Source: an uncultured bacterium (GTDB taxonomy: Bacteria > Bacteroidota > Bacteroidia > Chitinophagales > CAIOSU01). Taken from it: 33,942 nt of DNA. Positions 1-9,377 of the stretch are shown piece by piece (the first letter of the stretch is position 1; every line of letters starts with the position of its first letter). The stretch is taken from assembly GCA_903861055.1 (NCBI GenBank), contig CAIOSU010000302.1, positions 1 to 33,942 of the forward strand. Direction: 5' to 3'. The notes under the pieces are model-generated. The model was not told where the DNA came from. It saw nothing but the letters and a program-made list of their open reading frames with translations, and did no database searches. Position numbers and translations under genes: made by a program.

Positions 1-1
1 C

Positions 2-3000
2 ATTGGTTGTGGCAACCCAACGGGTAGTATTGTAGCAACAGGTTCAGGTGGCTTGCCGGGTTATTTCTATAACATCAACGGAGGACCGTTAAATGGTACC
101 GGTATATTCAATGGTTTAACAGCAGGTTTCTATACCGTTAGAGCGTACGACCAAGGTGGTTGTTTTGCCCTTGATACGGTAACTATCGGTCCTGTACCGG
201 CTATACCACTTACTTTGGTGGTTGACAGCGTAACCTGTTTTGGCGGTAACACGGGTAGGATAACTGCCACAGTAAATGGTGGTACTGCTGGGTATACTTT
301 CAATATTAATAGTGGTGCATACGGTGCTGCCAACGTATTCAACAACTTAACGGCTGGCAGTTACACCATTGGTGTGCGAGATGGAGGTGGTTGTACTGCT
401 ACTGCCGTGGGCATAGTGCGCGCACCAGCCCAACTTACCGCCACTGCCACCGTGGACAGTGTGGACTGTAGCGGCAATGCGGATGGATTTATCGTATTTA
501 CGGCAAGTGGCGGCGTGGCTCCTTATGAATATTCATTAGGTTCAGGCTACCAATCATCCAACATATTTACTGGGCTAGCGGCTGGGGCATTCCCCAATGC
601 TGCGGTACGCGATAGCAAAGGATGTACTTTTAGCATTCCAGTTACGGTAGCGCAGCCAGCTGCGCTGGGCTTAACTGCCGTGCAAGACAGTGTAAACTGC
701 TTTGGTGGTAACACGGGCAGCATTACCGCTACCGCTACTGGCGGCTCAGGTGGCTACCAATATAGCATCAATGGCGGTGCATTTGTATCTTCAGGCATCT
801 TTACGGGTCTTACGGCGGGCACCTACACTATTGATGCGCGCGATTTCAACTTCTGTACCCGCACATTGACCATTAATGTATTGACCCCAACCGATTTAAC
901 CTTATCGTTGGTTGCTGGTAGCGCCGCCTGTGCAGGTGCGGGCGGTGGCCAAATAACCGCAACTGCTGGTGGTGGTTCGCCAGGCTATCAGTATCAATTG
1001 AATGCTGGTGCTTTTGGTCCATCAAATGTATTTACCAACTTATCACCAAATACTTATAATGTAACAGTGCGCGACCAAAACGGTTGTACCGAAACGGCAA
1101 CCATTGCAGTAACAACACCAACTGCTCTAACTGCTACTGCGGTGCAAGACAGTGTTAGTTGCGGTGGTGGTACAAATGGATCGTTAGTAGTTACCGCTAG
1201 TGGTGGTACTCCTAACTATCAGTATAGCATTGATGGCACTAACTTCCAAGTGAGTAATATATTCACCGGATTATCGGCTGGGCCTTATGTGGCAACTGTT
1301 CGTGATGCCAATGCTTGTACCCAAACGGTGAATATAACGGTACTTCAGCCTGTCGCTCTAACTATTGCCACCGTGCAGGATAGTGCCTCTTGTTTTGGGG
1401 CCAGCGATGGGGTCATTACCGTAACAGCGGGTGGCGGCTCGCCAACTTACGAGTATAGTTTGGATGGAACAACCTTCCAACCATCGAACATATTTAATGG
1501 ACGAGCAGCAGGGCCATACACCATTACCATACGCGATGCCCAGTTTTGCCAAATAACGGGTAATATAAGTGTATTGCAACCCACAGTATTGGGGGTTAGT
1601 GCTACTAAAGTAGACGTGAGCTGTAACAGCACCAACGATGGTAGTATTACAGTTACCGCCACAGGGGGTTCTTTGCCTTATAGTTATAATTTGAATGGTG
1701 GCACGCCACAATCGAGCAACTTGTTTAGCAACGTTAGTGCGGCTACCTATACCGTAAATGTGGTTGATGGCAATGGGTGCACACAATCAACAACCATTAC
1801 GGTAGGTTCTACTTCGGGCATTACGATAAGTTTGGTTGCAGATAGCCTATCGTGTAACGGTGCTGCCGATGGGGTAATTACCGTAACCGCTAGCAGTGCA
1901 GCGGGTGGCTTAGAGTATAGTACCAATGGTACCAACTTCCAAGTATCGAATGTATTTAGCTCGCTCAACGCGGGCAATTATACTGTTACGGTTAGGGATG
2001 CCAACCTTTGTGTGGCTTCGGCTAACGTAATTGTCGGTCAGCCTGCGGCTATCACCGCTTCTGCTGTGCAAGACAGCGTAAACTGCAACGGTGGCACTGA
2101 TGGTGTTATTACTGTAACTGCTAGCGGCGGATCGCCAAGCTTTACTTATAGCCTTAATGCCGGCTCCCCGCAAGCGTCAAATGTATTTAACACACTTGGT
2201 GCCGCTAGTTATACTATTGACGTAACCGACCAAAACAGCTGTCAAGCCCAAGTATTGATAGATGTATTGCAGCCAGCGGTGCTTACTGTATCGGCTGCTG
2301 CCACGGCTTCTAGTTGTGCCGGTGGCGGCACTGGTGGTATTGTGGTTACAGCTGGTGGAGGCTCACTTGCTTATGCATATAGTATTGATGGAGTTAACTT
2401 CCAGGCATCGAACACCTTTACCAACTTGGCTTCGGCAACTTATACGGTTACGCTAAGAGATGGCAATAACTGTACCGCAACTACTACCGTAAACGTTGGC
2501 CAGCCAACGGCACTAACTTTAACCTTGGTGCAGGATAGTGTAAGTTGCAACGGCCTAAGCGATGGTACTATTACCGCAACCGCAGGTGGTGGGAATGGGG
2601 TTTATGAGTATAGCTTAAATGGAACCAACTTCCAAGTATCAAACCTATTTACGGCATTGGCAGCTGGGCCATATACTGTAACCCTACGCGATGGAAACGG
2701 CTGTACCCAAACGGCTAGCACCAGCGTATTGCAACCTGCCGTGCTTACTGTAAGCACGGTGGTTATCGATATTAGCTGCAACAGCACCAACGATGGGCAA
2801 ATTACCGCAACTGGTGCAGGTGGCAGTGCCCCTTATCAGTATAGTTTCAATAGTGGTGCCTTCCAAGTGTCGGGCACGTTTGCCAACCTTACGGCCAACA
2901 GCTATACCATTGATGTAAACGATGCCAATGGTTGTGCGGCAAATACAAACGTAACCGTACAAGCGGCAGCACCGGTAACCGTAACCCTAACCCAAGACAG

Positions 3001-4375
3001 TGTAAACTGTAACGCTGGCACCGACGGACAAGTGATTGCGGTAGGTGCAGGCGGAAGCGGTGCCTTGCAATACAGTATTGATGGGGTAAACTATCAAGCT
3101 TTAGGAACCTTCACTGGTCTTACTGCTGCAAACTATACCGTTTCAGTGCGCGACATTGCGGGTTGTAATACTACTGGAAACATAACCGTACTGCAGCCTA
3201 CTGCCCTTAGTGTAACCGCCGTGCAAGACAGCGCCAATTGTTTTGGTGTTGCCGATGGGTTTATTACCGCCACGGGCGCCGGTGGTAGCCCTGGCTATCA
3301 ATATAGCCGCGATGGGGTAACATTTGTACCAACCAACGTACTCAACAACCTTGCCGCTGGGCCATATACCATTACCGTTCGCGATAGAAACAACTGTACC
3401 GCAACGGCCAATGCTACCGTATTGCAGCCAATTGGTATCACTACCAATGTAACGGGTACTAATGTTGATTGTAATGGTGGTACCAATGGTAGCGCAACCG
3501 TTGCTGCGGCTGGTGGTTCGCCGGGCTTTACCTATGCTTGGAACAGCGGTGGTGGCACAGCCACTACCTCGCCAAACCGTGGCGCAGGTTGGGCAGTGGT
3601 AACAGTTACCGATTCACGTACTTGCCAAAGAAGAGATAGTGTGCTTATTACACAGCCAAACGCCATCGTTATTACCGAAACCATTGTGCCCATTACTTGT
3701 GGCAGCGGCAATACAGGCTCCATTAGCCTTGCCGTAACTGGCGGCACTGGTACTTATGGGTTTTTATGGAATACTACGGCTATTGGTCCAACCCTTACTG
3801 GATTGGGTCAAGGCAACTACTCGGTTGTGGTAACGGATTTGAATAGCTGTACCGTTAGCGGCAGCTATGTAATCAACCCTCCTGGAAGTGTGGCGGTAAA
3901 TGCCATCGCCACCAATGTACAGTGTTTCGATACACCTACTGGCTCGGTAAACGCCGTGGTGACTGGCGCTACGGGTTCAGTTACTTACTCATGGAATACT
4001 ACTCCTGCGCAAAATGGTGCAACGGCTAGCAACTTGAGGCCTGGGCAGTATATTGTAACTGTTACCGATGCAGCAGGTTGTACCGCTTTGGATACGGCCA
4101 TAGTAGCCAACGTGCCATTGCTGACAGCATCTGCTGTAGCAGTTAACCCTAGGTGCTACGACACCCCTGATGGAAGTGTAGTGGTAACAGCAGCAGGCGG
4201 CACAGGCAACCTTTCTTACGCATGGAGCCATAGCAGTACGCTTAACTCTGGCAATGCAATAGGATTAATACAAGGTGGATACGCAGTAACCGTTACCGAT
4301 GCCAACAACTGTAGCGTAACGCTGTCAGAAACCCTGACCAGTCCTTCTCAGCTATTCATTTCGTTGGCAGCAAGT
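2..4375 (+). repeat. Array of about 19 tandem ~228-nt (~76-aa) SprB-type coding repeats
   Basis: The Cys...GG..Y.YS...F..SN.F..L.AG.YT..V.D..GC module recurs when the translation is read. The copies are diverged at nucleotide level and are not identical repeats. Confidence 0.85.
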
Positions 4376-4882
4376 GCCGATTCCGTTAAGTTTGGAGAGA
4401 GTGTGCAGCTAACGGCAACCCCAGGCAGTGGCGTTATCGGAACACCTGTTTACGAATGGTCGCCGAATGATAACTTGGATTGTATTGATTGTGCCGACCC
4501 TATGGCTGGCCCGTTAGTAGAATCTTCGTATATCTACACTGTGCGCATAGCCGATGATAATGGTTGCGAAGCCGTGGCTAGGGTAACCGTAGTAGTTGAC
4601 TTGTACGACCGTGTGCTTTGGGTACCAAACGTGTTTACACCGAACGGCGATGGGTTTAACGACGAGTTTAACGTATATGGCTATGGTTTCGAAACCATGC
4701 TATTCCAAGTATTTGACCGATGGGGCGAGAAAATGTTTGAAACCACCGACCCTAAAGTGGGCTGGGATGGTACGTTTAAAGGGGTAGCTATGCCTCCAGG
4801 CGTGTATGTTTTCTTGGTGAAAGCCTTGTACATTGACGGCCAAGAAGGATTCAAAAAAGGTAGCGTAACGATTCTTAAATAA
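2..4882 (+). CDS. Giant SprB-repeat cell-surface adhesin (5' end outside the window) with a T9SS type-B (gliding-motility-associated, CHU_C-type) C-terminal sorting domain
   Basis: Frame 2 is open from base 2, and the first residues (IGCGNPTGSIVATGSGGLPGY) already fit the repeat, so the TTG at 53 in the ORF track is not the real start. There are about 19 tandem ~76-aa modules of the pattern DSVxCxGxxxGxITxTAxGGxxxYxYSxxGxxFQxSNxFxxLxAGxYTVTVRDxNGC. The C-terminus VLWVPNVFTPNGDGFNDEF...WDGTFKG...PGVYVF (about 4601-4879) is the type-B sorting domain. Stop TAA at 4880-4882. Confidence 0.9.
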   Translation: MGCGNPTGSIVATGSGGLPGYFYNINGGPLNGTGIFNGLTAGFYTVRAYDQGGCFALDTVTIGPVPAIPLTLVVDSVTCFGGNTGRITATVNGGTAGYTFNINSGAYGAANVFNNLTAGSYTIGVRDGGGCTATAVGIVRAPAQLTATATVDSVDCSGNADGFIVFTASGGVAPYEYSLGSGYQSSNIFTGLAAGAFPNAAVRDSKGCTFSIPVTVAQPAALGLTAVQDSVNCFGGNTGSITATATGGSGGYQYSINGGAFVSSGIFTGLTAGTYTIDARDFNFCTRTLTINVLTPTDLTLSLVAGSAACAGAGGGQITATAGGGSPGYQYQLNAGAFGPSNVFTNLSPNTYNVTVRDQNGCTETATIAVTTPTALTATAVQDSVSCGGGTNGSLVVTASGGTPNYQYSIDGTNFQVSNIFTGLSAGPYVATVRDANACTQTVNITVLQPVALTIATVQDSASCFGASDGVITVTAGGGSPTYEYSLDGTTFQPSNIFNGRAAGPYTITIRDAQFCQITGNISVLQPTVLGVSATKVDVSCNSTNDGSITVTATGGSLPYSYNLNGGTPQSSNLFSNVSAATYTVNVVDGNGCTQSTTITVGSTSGITISLVADSLSCNGAADGVITVTASSAAGGLEYSTNGTNFQVSNVFSSLNAGNYTVTVRDANLCVASANVIVGQPAAITASAVQDSVNCNGGTDGVITVTASGGSPSFTYSLNAGSPQASNVFNTLGAASYTIDVTDQNSCQAQVLIDVLQPAVLTVSAAATASSCAGGGTGGIVVTAGGGSLAYAYSIDGVNFQASNTFTNLASATYTVTLRDGNNCTATTTVNVGQPTALTLTLVQDSVSCNGLSDGTITATAGGGNGVYEYSLNGTNFQVSNLFTALAAGPYTVTLRDGNGCTQTASTSVLQPAVLTVSTVVIDISCNSTNDGQITATGAGGSAPYQYSFNSGAFQVSGTFANLTANSYTIDVNDANGCAANTNVTVQAAAPVTVTLTQDSVNCNAGTDGQVIAVGAGGSGALQYSIDGVNYQALGTFTGLTAANYTVSVRDIAGCNTTGNITVLQPTALSVTAVQDSANCFGVADGFITATGAGGSPGYQYSRDGVTFVPTNVLNNLAAGPYTITVRDRNNCTATANATVLQPIGITTNVTGTNVDCNGGTNGSATVAAAGGSPGFTYAWNSGGGTATTSPNRGAGWAVVTVTDSRTCQRRDSVLITQPNAIVITETIVPITCGSGNTGSISLAVTGGTGTYGFLWNTTAIGPTLTGLGQGNYSVVVTDLNSCTVSGSYVINPPGSVAVNAIATNVQCFDTPTGSVNAVVTGATGSVTYSWNTTPAQNGATASNLRPGQYIVTVTDAAGCTALDTAIVANVPLLTASAVAVNPRCYDTPDGSVVVTAAGGTGNLSYAWSHSSTLNSGNAIGLIQGGYAVTVTDANNCSVTLSETLTSPSQLFISLAASADSVKFGESVQLTATPGSGVIGTPVYEWSPNDNLDCIDCADPMAGPLVESSYIYTVRIADDNGCEAVARVTVVVDLYDRVLWVPNVFTPNGDGFNDEFNVYGYGFETMLFQVFDRWGEKMFETTDPKVGWDGTFKGVAMPPGVYVFLVKALYIDGQEGFKKGSVTILK

Positions 4883-4911
4883 TAAACACTAACCAACTAT
4901 TATTGATTTTG

Positions 4912-4946
4912 CAGGGCTGCCCAAAAGGTGGCCCTGTAGTTTTTTA
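4912..4946 (+). terminator. Rho-independent terminator after the adhesin gene
   Basis: cagggctgcc / ggtggccctg forms a 10-bp stem (two G-U pairs) with loop caaaa, followed by tagtttttt. Confidence 0.7.
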
Positions 4947-5207
4947 AGGGGCAAGGGGTTCGGGTATTGCTATATATTACATTCCGCTGGGACTATGCAA
5001 CTCCGCAGGAGTTTAATGTCTGAAGAAAACCCTAATCCAAAGCCAACTAGCTCCGTAGGAGAGCGCAATGTTCTTATACAACTCGCTTCAATGTCCAATT
5101 GGTATTATATCAATTTGTGCCAGCGGTAAGTCGCGGGTTATCCTTGCATTTTTAGTCGCATTTTGCACTTGTTGGTATTAACCCCCGTTAGGCCGAGCAG
5201 AAATTCT

Positions 5208-5215
5208 TAGCTTTG
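5208..5215 (+). promoter_or_regulatory. Candidate Bacteroidota -7 promoter box (TAGCTTTG) for the PLP-enzyme gene
   Basis: Matches TAnnTTTG 18 nt upstream of the ATG at 5233. I found no well-spaced -33 TTG. Confidence 0.3.
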
Positions 5216-5232
5216 TTTCGAAATCAGATGCT

Positions 5233-6372
5233 ATGAAATTCGGAACGAAAGCAATACACGCCGGGCTAGAACCCGACCCAGCTACAGGAGCCATTATGAC
5301 TCCCATTTACCAAACATCAACCTACGTGCAAGCCGCACCGGGCGACCATAAAGGATATGAGTACAGCCGCACCCAAAACCCTACCCGCCATGCCTTGGAG
5401 CAGAACTTGGCAGCATTGGAAAATGGTAACTATGGGCTGTGTTTTGGTAGCGGCATGGCCGCTATCGATACCTTGCTTAAAATGTTGCTGCCTGGCGATG
5501 AGGTAATCTCTACCAACGACTTGTATGGCGGCAGCTATCGCTTGTTTACCAAGGTTTTTGCACAATATGGCATTAAGTTCCACTTTGTGGCCATGAGCGA
5601 CTTGGCGAACATTGAGGCGAAAGTAAACGACAAAACCCGCCTACTTTGGGTAGAAACGCCTACCAACCCAATGATGAACATCATTGATATTGCAGGCGCT
5701 GCTGCCATTGCCAAGAGGCATAACATACTGCTGGCTGTTGACAATACCTTTGCCACCCCATACCTACAAACCCCACTTGACCTGGGTGCCGATATAGTGA
5801 TGCACTCCGTAACCAAATACCTTGGCGGCCATAGCGACGTGGTAATGGGTGCCTTAGTGGTAAAAGATGAGGCGTTGGCCCAAAAGCTTTACTTTTTGCA
5901 AAATAGCTGCGGTGCCGTGCCTGGCCCGCAGGATAGTTTCCTAGTGCTACGTGGCATTAAAACCCTGCACGTACGCATACAGCGCCACTGCGAAAATGGT
6001 CGCAAAGTAGCAGAATACCTAAAAACCAACCCTAAAGTAGATAAGGTTTACTGGCCTGGTTTCCCGGAGCACCCGAACCACGATGTAGCTAAAAAGCAAA
6101 TGCGCGACTTTGGCGGTATGGTATCGTTTACGCTGAAAACCAACACTATAGCTGCTGCCAATGAAGTGCTTACCCGCACCCACTTGTTCTCGTTGGCGGA
6201 GAGTTTGGGCGGAGTTGAGTCGCTAATAGGCCACCCGGCCACCATGACACACGCCAGCATACCCAAAGAGGAGCGCGAAAAAACCGGTGTGGTCGATTCG
6301 CTCATCCGCTTGAGTGTGGGTATTGAAGACGTAGAAGACTTAATTGCCGACTTGGAGAAAGCGTTGAGCTAG
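5233..6372 (+). CDS. Cys/Met-metabolism PLP-dependent enzyme (cystathionine gamma-synthase / beta-lyase / gamma-lyase family)
   Basis: 379 aa. The N-terminus TKAIHAG...PIYQTSTY and the PLP-lysine motif SVTKYLGGHSD are typical of the trans-sulfuration family. The exact specificity cannot be decided by eye. Confidence 0.9.
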   Translation: MKFGTKAIHAGLEPDPATGAIMTPIYQTSTYVQAAPGDHKGYEYSRTQNPTRHALEQNLAALENGNYGLCFGSGMAAIDTLLKMLLPGDEVISTNDLYGGSYRLFTKVFAQYGIKFHFVAMSDLANIEAKVNDKTRLLWVETPTNPMMNIIDIAGAAAIAKRHNILLAVDNTFATPYLQTPLDLGADIVMHSVTKYLGGHSDVVMGALVVKDEALAQKLYFLQNSCGAVPGPQDSFLVLRGIKTLHVRIQRHCENGRKVAEYLKTNPKVDKVYWPGFPEHPNHDVAKKQMRDFGGMVSFTLKTNTIAAANEVLTRTHLFSLAESLGGVESLIGHPATMTHASIPKEEREKTGVVDSLIRLSVGIEDVEDLIADLEKALS

Positions 6373-6402
6373 TGTGTTGATTAGATAATTTGAAAATTTG
6401 GA

Positions 6403-6437
6403 AATGGGATGGGCCGAGGGGTACATCCCATTTTTTT
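6403..6437 (+). terminator. Rho-independent terminator, probably bidirectional, between convergent genes
   Basis: aatgggatg / catcccatt forms a 9-bp stem with a 12-nt loop, followed by tttttt. It overlaps the stop of the minus-strand ORF at 6436. Confidence 0.6.
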
Positions 6438-6762
6438 AAGACTGCCAATTGAAGGTAAACAGGAGTATAATTACATCAAGCAGCAAGCCAAAAACCGCTA
6501 TGCCCAATTCTTCTTCATTTTTATGCCTAAACAACAGCCTAAGCGAAGCAACTAGGCTCAATAGTATCAATATTGCCAGCGCTATTATTGCGTAAACAAC
6601 GATTATCAAATCTTGAAAAGGGAATTGATTAACTAGGTTCGGAAACAACCAGATATAGCCGAGCGCAACTAACAACTGCAATACTCCCAACGCTAAAAGC
6701 ATGAGGCCCAGCCACTTGTTTTGTAATATCCTTCGGATGTATGTGGTTTGCCTTTCGCCCAT
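6436..6762 (-). CDS. Small integral membrane protein, function unknown
   Basis: 108 aa with an ATG start and three to four hydrophobic helices. It lies 38 nt downstream of the GT2 gene on the same strand. Confidence 0.55.
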   Translation of the reverse strand: MGERQTTYIRRILQNKWLGLMLLALGVLQLLVALGYIWLFPNLVNQFPFQDLIIVVYAIIALAILILLSLVASLRLLFRHKNEEELGIAVFGLLLDVIILLFTFNWQS

Positions 6763-6800
6763 TTCAATTTAACTAATAACCAGTAACCAGTATACTATTA

Positions 6801-8768
6801 TCAGCACGTCCCCAAGCACTTATAATTTTGCCAAACCAGTTTTAGATCTTTATAAACCGTGTAGTCTTTCGCGTAGAGTAAATTCAGGCGGCGGCGGGTG
6901 GCATCGTCCAGTTTTAGGCTATTGGCTTTATCGGCCGGGCTAATGATGCCCTGCTTAATGCTAGGCAACCAGTATTGGCCCTTGCCACCATTTATGGGTG
7001 CATAGCCCACCCAAGTGCGCCTGCCAAACAACACCAACCACCAATTGCGGATAAACCTGCCCGAGTCGGCAATAAGGAACGCCGTAACGGGGTAGGTAAT
7101 CAAGGTAAACAAGCACACCGCAAGGTCGAGCATACGCTTGTTGCGGCGGTTCATGGGGGTCGATATGGCCAAGTTCACATCGATGGCGTATAAGTCGCCA
7201 GCCGAATTTTTGGAGTTGCTACCAATAATGCTCGGGGTGTTCTCGGGCAAAATCTTATAGTTCAGTTCCGGCCCCATCAACAGCATGTGGTCGATAATGG
7301 ATTTGATAGTAATATCGGCACTACAGAATATCACTTCCTCAATTTCGTAAAGCTTCCGTATGGCCTGTAGCTGGTTTACATCACCCAAGTAGTGCTCTTC
7401 ACTGCTATCTTGAGGCAAGGTGCTGATGAAGCCGATGTAGCGATTATCCACGCCCGCTTGACTTAGCAACGACAACGCCCTATCGGCTTCGGCCTTGCTG
7501 CCCACAATAACAATGCGCGGGGTTTCTTGCTCCACAAACGTAAGTTTTCGGCCCGAAATGGCGCCCCAAGCATAGCGCAGCGCTACCAACGCAAACGAGG
7601 CATAAATGCCCCCGGCCAATATCATACCCCTACTAAAGCGGTACTCTTCGTTCAGGAATGCATAAAACGCCGCTATCAAAAGCGTGCCCACAAACACACC
7701 GCGCACGGTGCGGTAGGTGCGCAGCGGCCTGTCGTAACCGCCACTAAAGTATATAGCCACTAGCCATAGCGCAATGTATAGCGGCACTATTAGTTGCATA
7801 TACTCAGGCGGGTAGTACGATAGCGAGCCCTTAATCTCTTCGCTCCATAGCTCTTTAATAACGTACATGCCGCCAAACAGCAGCCCTGCATCCAGCAGTG
7901 GCAAAGTAAGCACTTTGGCCACCGAGCTGAAGAGGGCAAACAGTGCCCGTAGATATATGGCCATGTTTATTACCAAGGCATACAGCCTAGCCTGACTGCC
8001 GCTAAAGTGCTTTTCGGCAAAGATGGCCATGGCCTGGTAAAAAATGCGCACATAGTTGAGGCTGCCCTTTTTGGTGCTCTCGCCTTTGTAATGGATGATG
8101 CGCGCCTCAGGGAAATAGTAGTTTTTGTAGCCGCCTAATACTACGCGGTAGCTGAGGTCAATATCCTCGCCGTACATAAAAAAGGTCTCGTCGAGCCAAC
8201 CGATTTTATCCAGCGTTTCGCGGCGCATAAACATAAACGCCCCGGCCAGCACCTCAATCTCGTGGGTTTGGTCATCGTCCAAATAGCCCAAATGGTAGCG
8301 GCCAAAAGTTTTGCTGCGCGGGAAAAGATTCGATAATCCGAAAATCTTATAAAACGACACCGCCGGCGTTGGCAGCGAGCGTTTGCTTTCGGGCAAAAAG
8401 TGACCCTTGCCATCTACCATTTTCACGCCCAGCGCACCCGCATCGGGGTGGGCATCCATAAAAGCCAGGCACTGCTTAAAGGTCTCTTCTTCCACCACCG
8501 TATCAGGGTTCAGCAGCAGCACATACTCGCCTTTGCTTATCTCAATGCCCTGGTTGTTGGCCTTGCTAAAGCCCGTATTCTCTTTGTTGGCAATCAGTAT
8601 TACTTCCGGAAATTTTTCGCGCACCAGCTCCACACTGTTGTCGCTGCTATTATTATCCACCACAATTACCTCGGCATCAATACCCTGCACGGCCTTGCGC
8701 ACGCTATACAGCGCCTGCTCAAGAAAGTACTTTACGTTGTAATTAACGATAATAACGGATAGGCGCAT
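6801..8768 (-). CDS. Glycosyltransferase family 2 protein fused to a polytopic membrane region and a degenerate sugar-transferase-like C-terminus
   Basis: 655 aa. The N-terminus has VIIVNYN, VVDNNSSD, NTGFSKANNQG and LLLNPDT, the GT2 (GT-A) hallmarks. The middle is hydrophobic. The C-terminus is described in the findings. Confidence 0.85.
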   Translation of the reverse strand: MRLSVIIVNYNVKYFLEQALYSVRKAVQGIDAEVIVVDNNSSDNSVELVREKFPEVILIANKENTGFSKANNQGIEISKGEYVLLLNPDTVVEEETFKQCLAFMDAHPDAGALGVKMVDGKGHFLPESKRSLPTPAVSFYKIFGLSNLFPRSKTFGRYHLGYLDDDQTHEIEVLAGAFMFMRRETLDKIGWLDETFFMYGEDIDLSYRVVLGGYKNYYFPEARIIHYKGESTKKGSLNYVRIFYQAMAIFAEKHFSGSQARLYALVINMAIYLRALFALFSSVAKVLTLPLLDAGLLFGGMYVIKELWSEEIKGSLSYYPPEYMQLIVPLYIALWLVAIYFSGGYDRPLRTYRTVRGVFVGTLLIAAFYAFLNEEYRFSRGMILAGGIYASFALVALRYAWGAISGRKLTFVEQETPRIVIVGSKAEADRALSLLSQAGVDNRYIGFISTLPQDSSEEHYLGDVNQLQAIRKLYEIEEVIFCSADITIKSIIDHMLLMGPELNYKILPENTPSIIGSNSKNSAGDLYAIDVNLAISTPMNRRNKRMLDLAVCLFTLITYPVTAFLIADSGRFIRNWWLVLFGRRTWVGYAPINGGKGQYWLPSIKQGIISPADKANSLKLDDATRRRLNLLYAKDYTVYKDLKLVWQNYKCLGTC

Positions 8769-9377
8769 AGTGTGCGGGCTAGCAGTGGGTTTGAAGGGAT
8801 AAAGTTAACGATTTTTGAGCAGTGGTTATTGCAGCCACCGTTCCGGTGCGGATAGCAAATCCGCGGCCCATTTATTAGGTAAATATAAATGGGCAAGGTG
8901 CATCGGGTATTGTTGGCTAGAACCTCTGGTTCTCCGCTTAAGGCATTTGCCCTTACGTTGGCCACCGAATGCATGAGCCATTGCAGCAACTAATTATTAC
9001 TAATTTACGACGGGGTTTTATTTCTGCAAAATATAAACTCCATTTATTTTATTGCAAAAATGCAAGGGGTTGATTGTGAGGGGAATATTTTTCAAGGGGG
9101 ATGCTTATTGCAAATCGAATGAATGAGCGAGCAGGATGCTCGCAATTAGCTAATCCTTGCTGGAGGCGCAGACTAGTTTTATTCAAAACAGAGCCACCCC
9201 ACTTTAAGGTTTTCACAATTGGTAATTGAAGCAGGCGTTAGTTTTTATTCAACTCACGGCGCTTTGAGCACGCATAACAACAAAGAATATCTTTCTAAGT
9301 TTTTCAACTTACGTTTTAATACACTAATTTTCTTGCTGTATTAAGGGGTAAATTTTGCCAATTTCAAAATTAATTTA

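Noticed and set aside
130-4896. About a dozen antisense or out-of-frame ORFs (60-142 aa) listed in the track inside the adhesin gene
   Set aside because: All are nested in a 4.8-kb ORF with a clear repeat and domain structure. Their translations are low-complexity mirror images of the repeat with no recognisable motifs.
4883-5232. SAM riboswitch upstream of the methionine-pathway PLP enzyme
   Set aside because: I could not find the conserved SAM-I or SAM-II core sequences by eye. An Rfam scan would be needed to exclude it fully.
8732-8989. 85-aa minus-strand ORF upstream of the GT2 gene
   Set aside because: It overlaps the GT2 start, has no recognisable motifs, and has an odd composition. 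It is probably non-coding promoter region.
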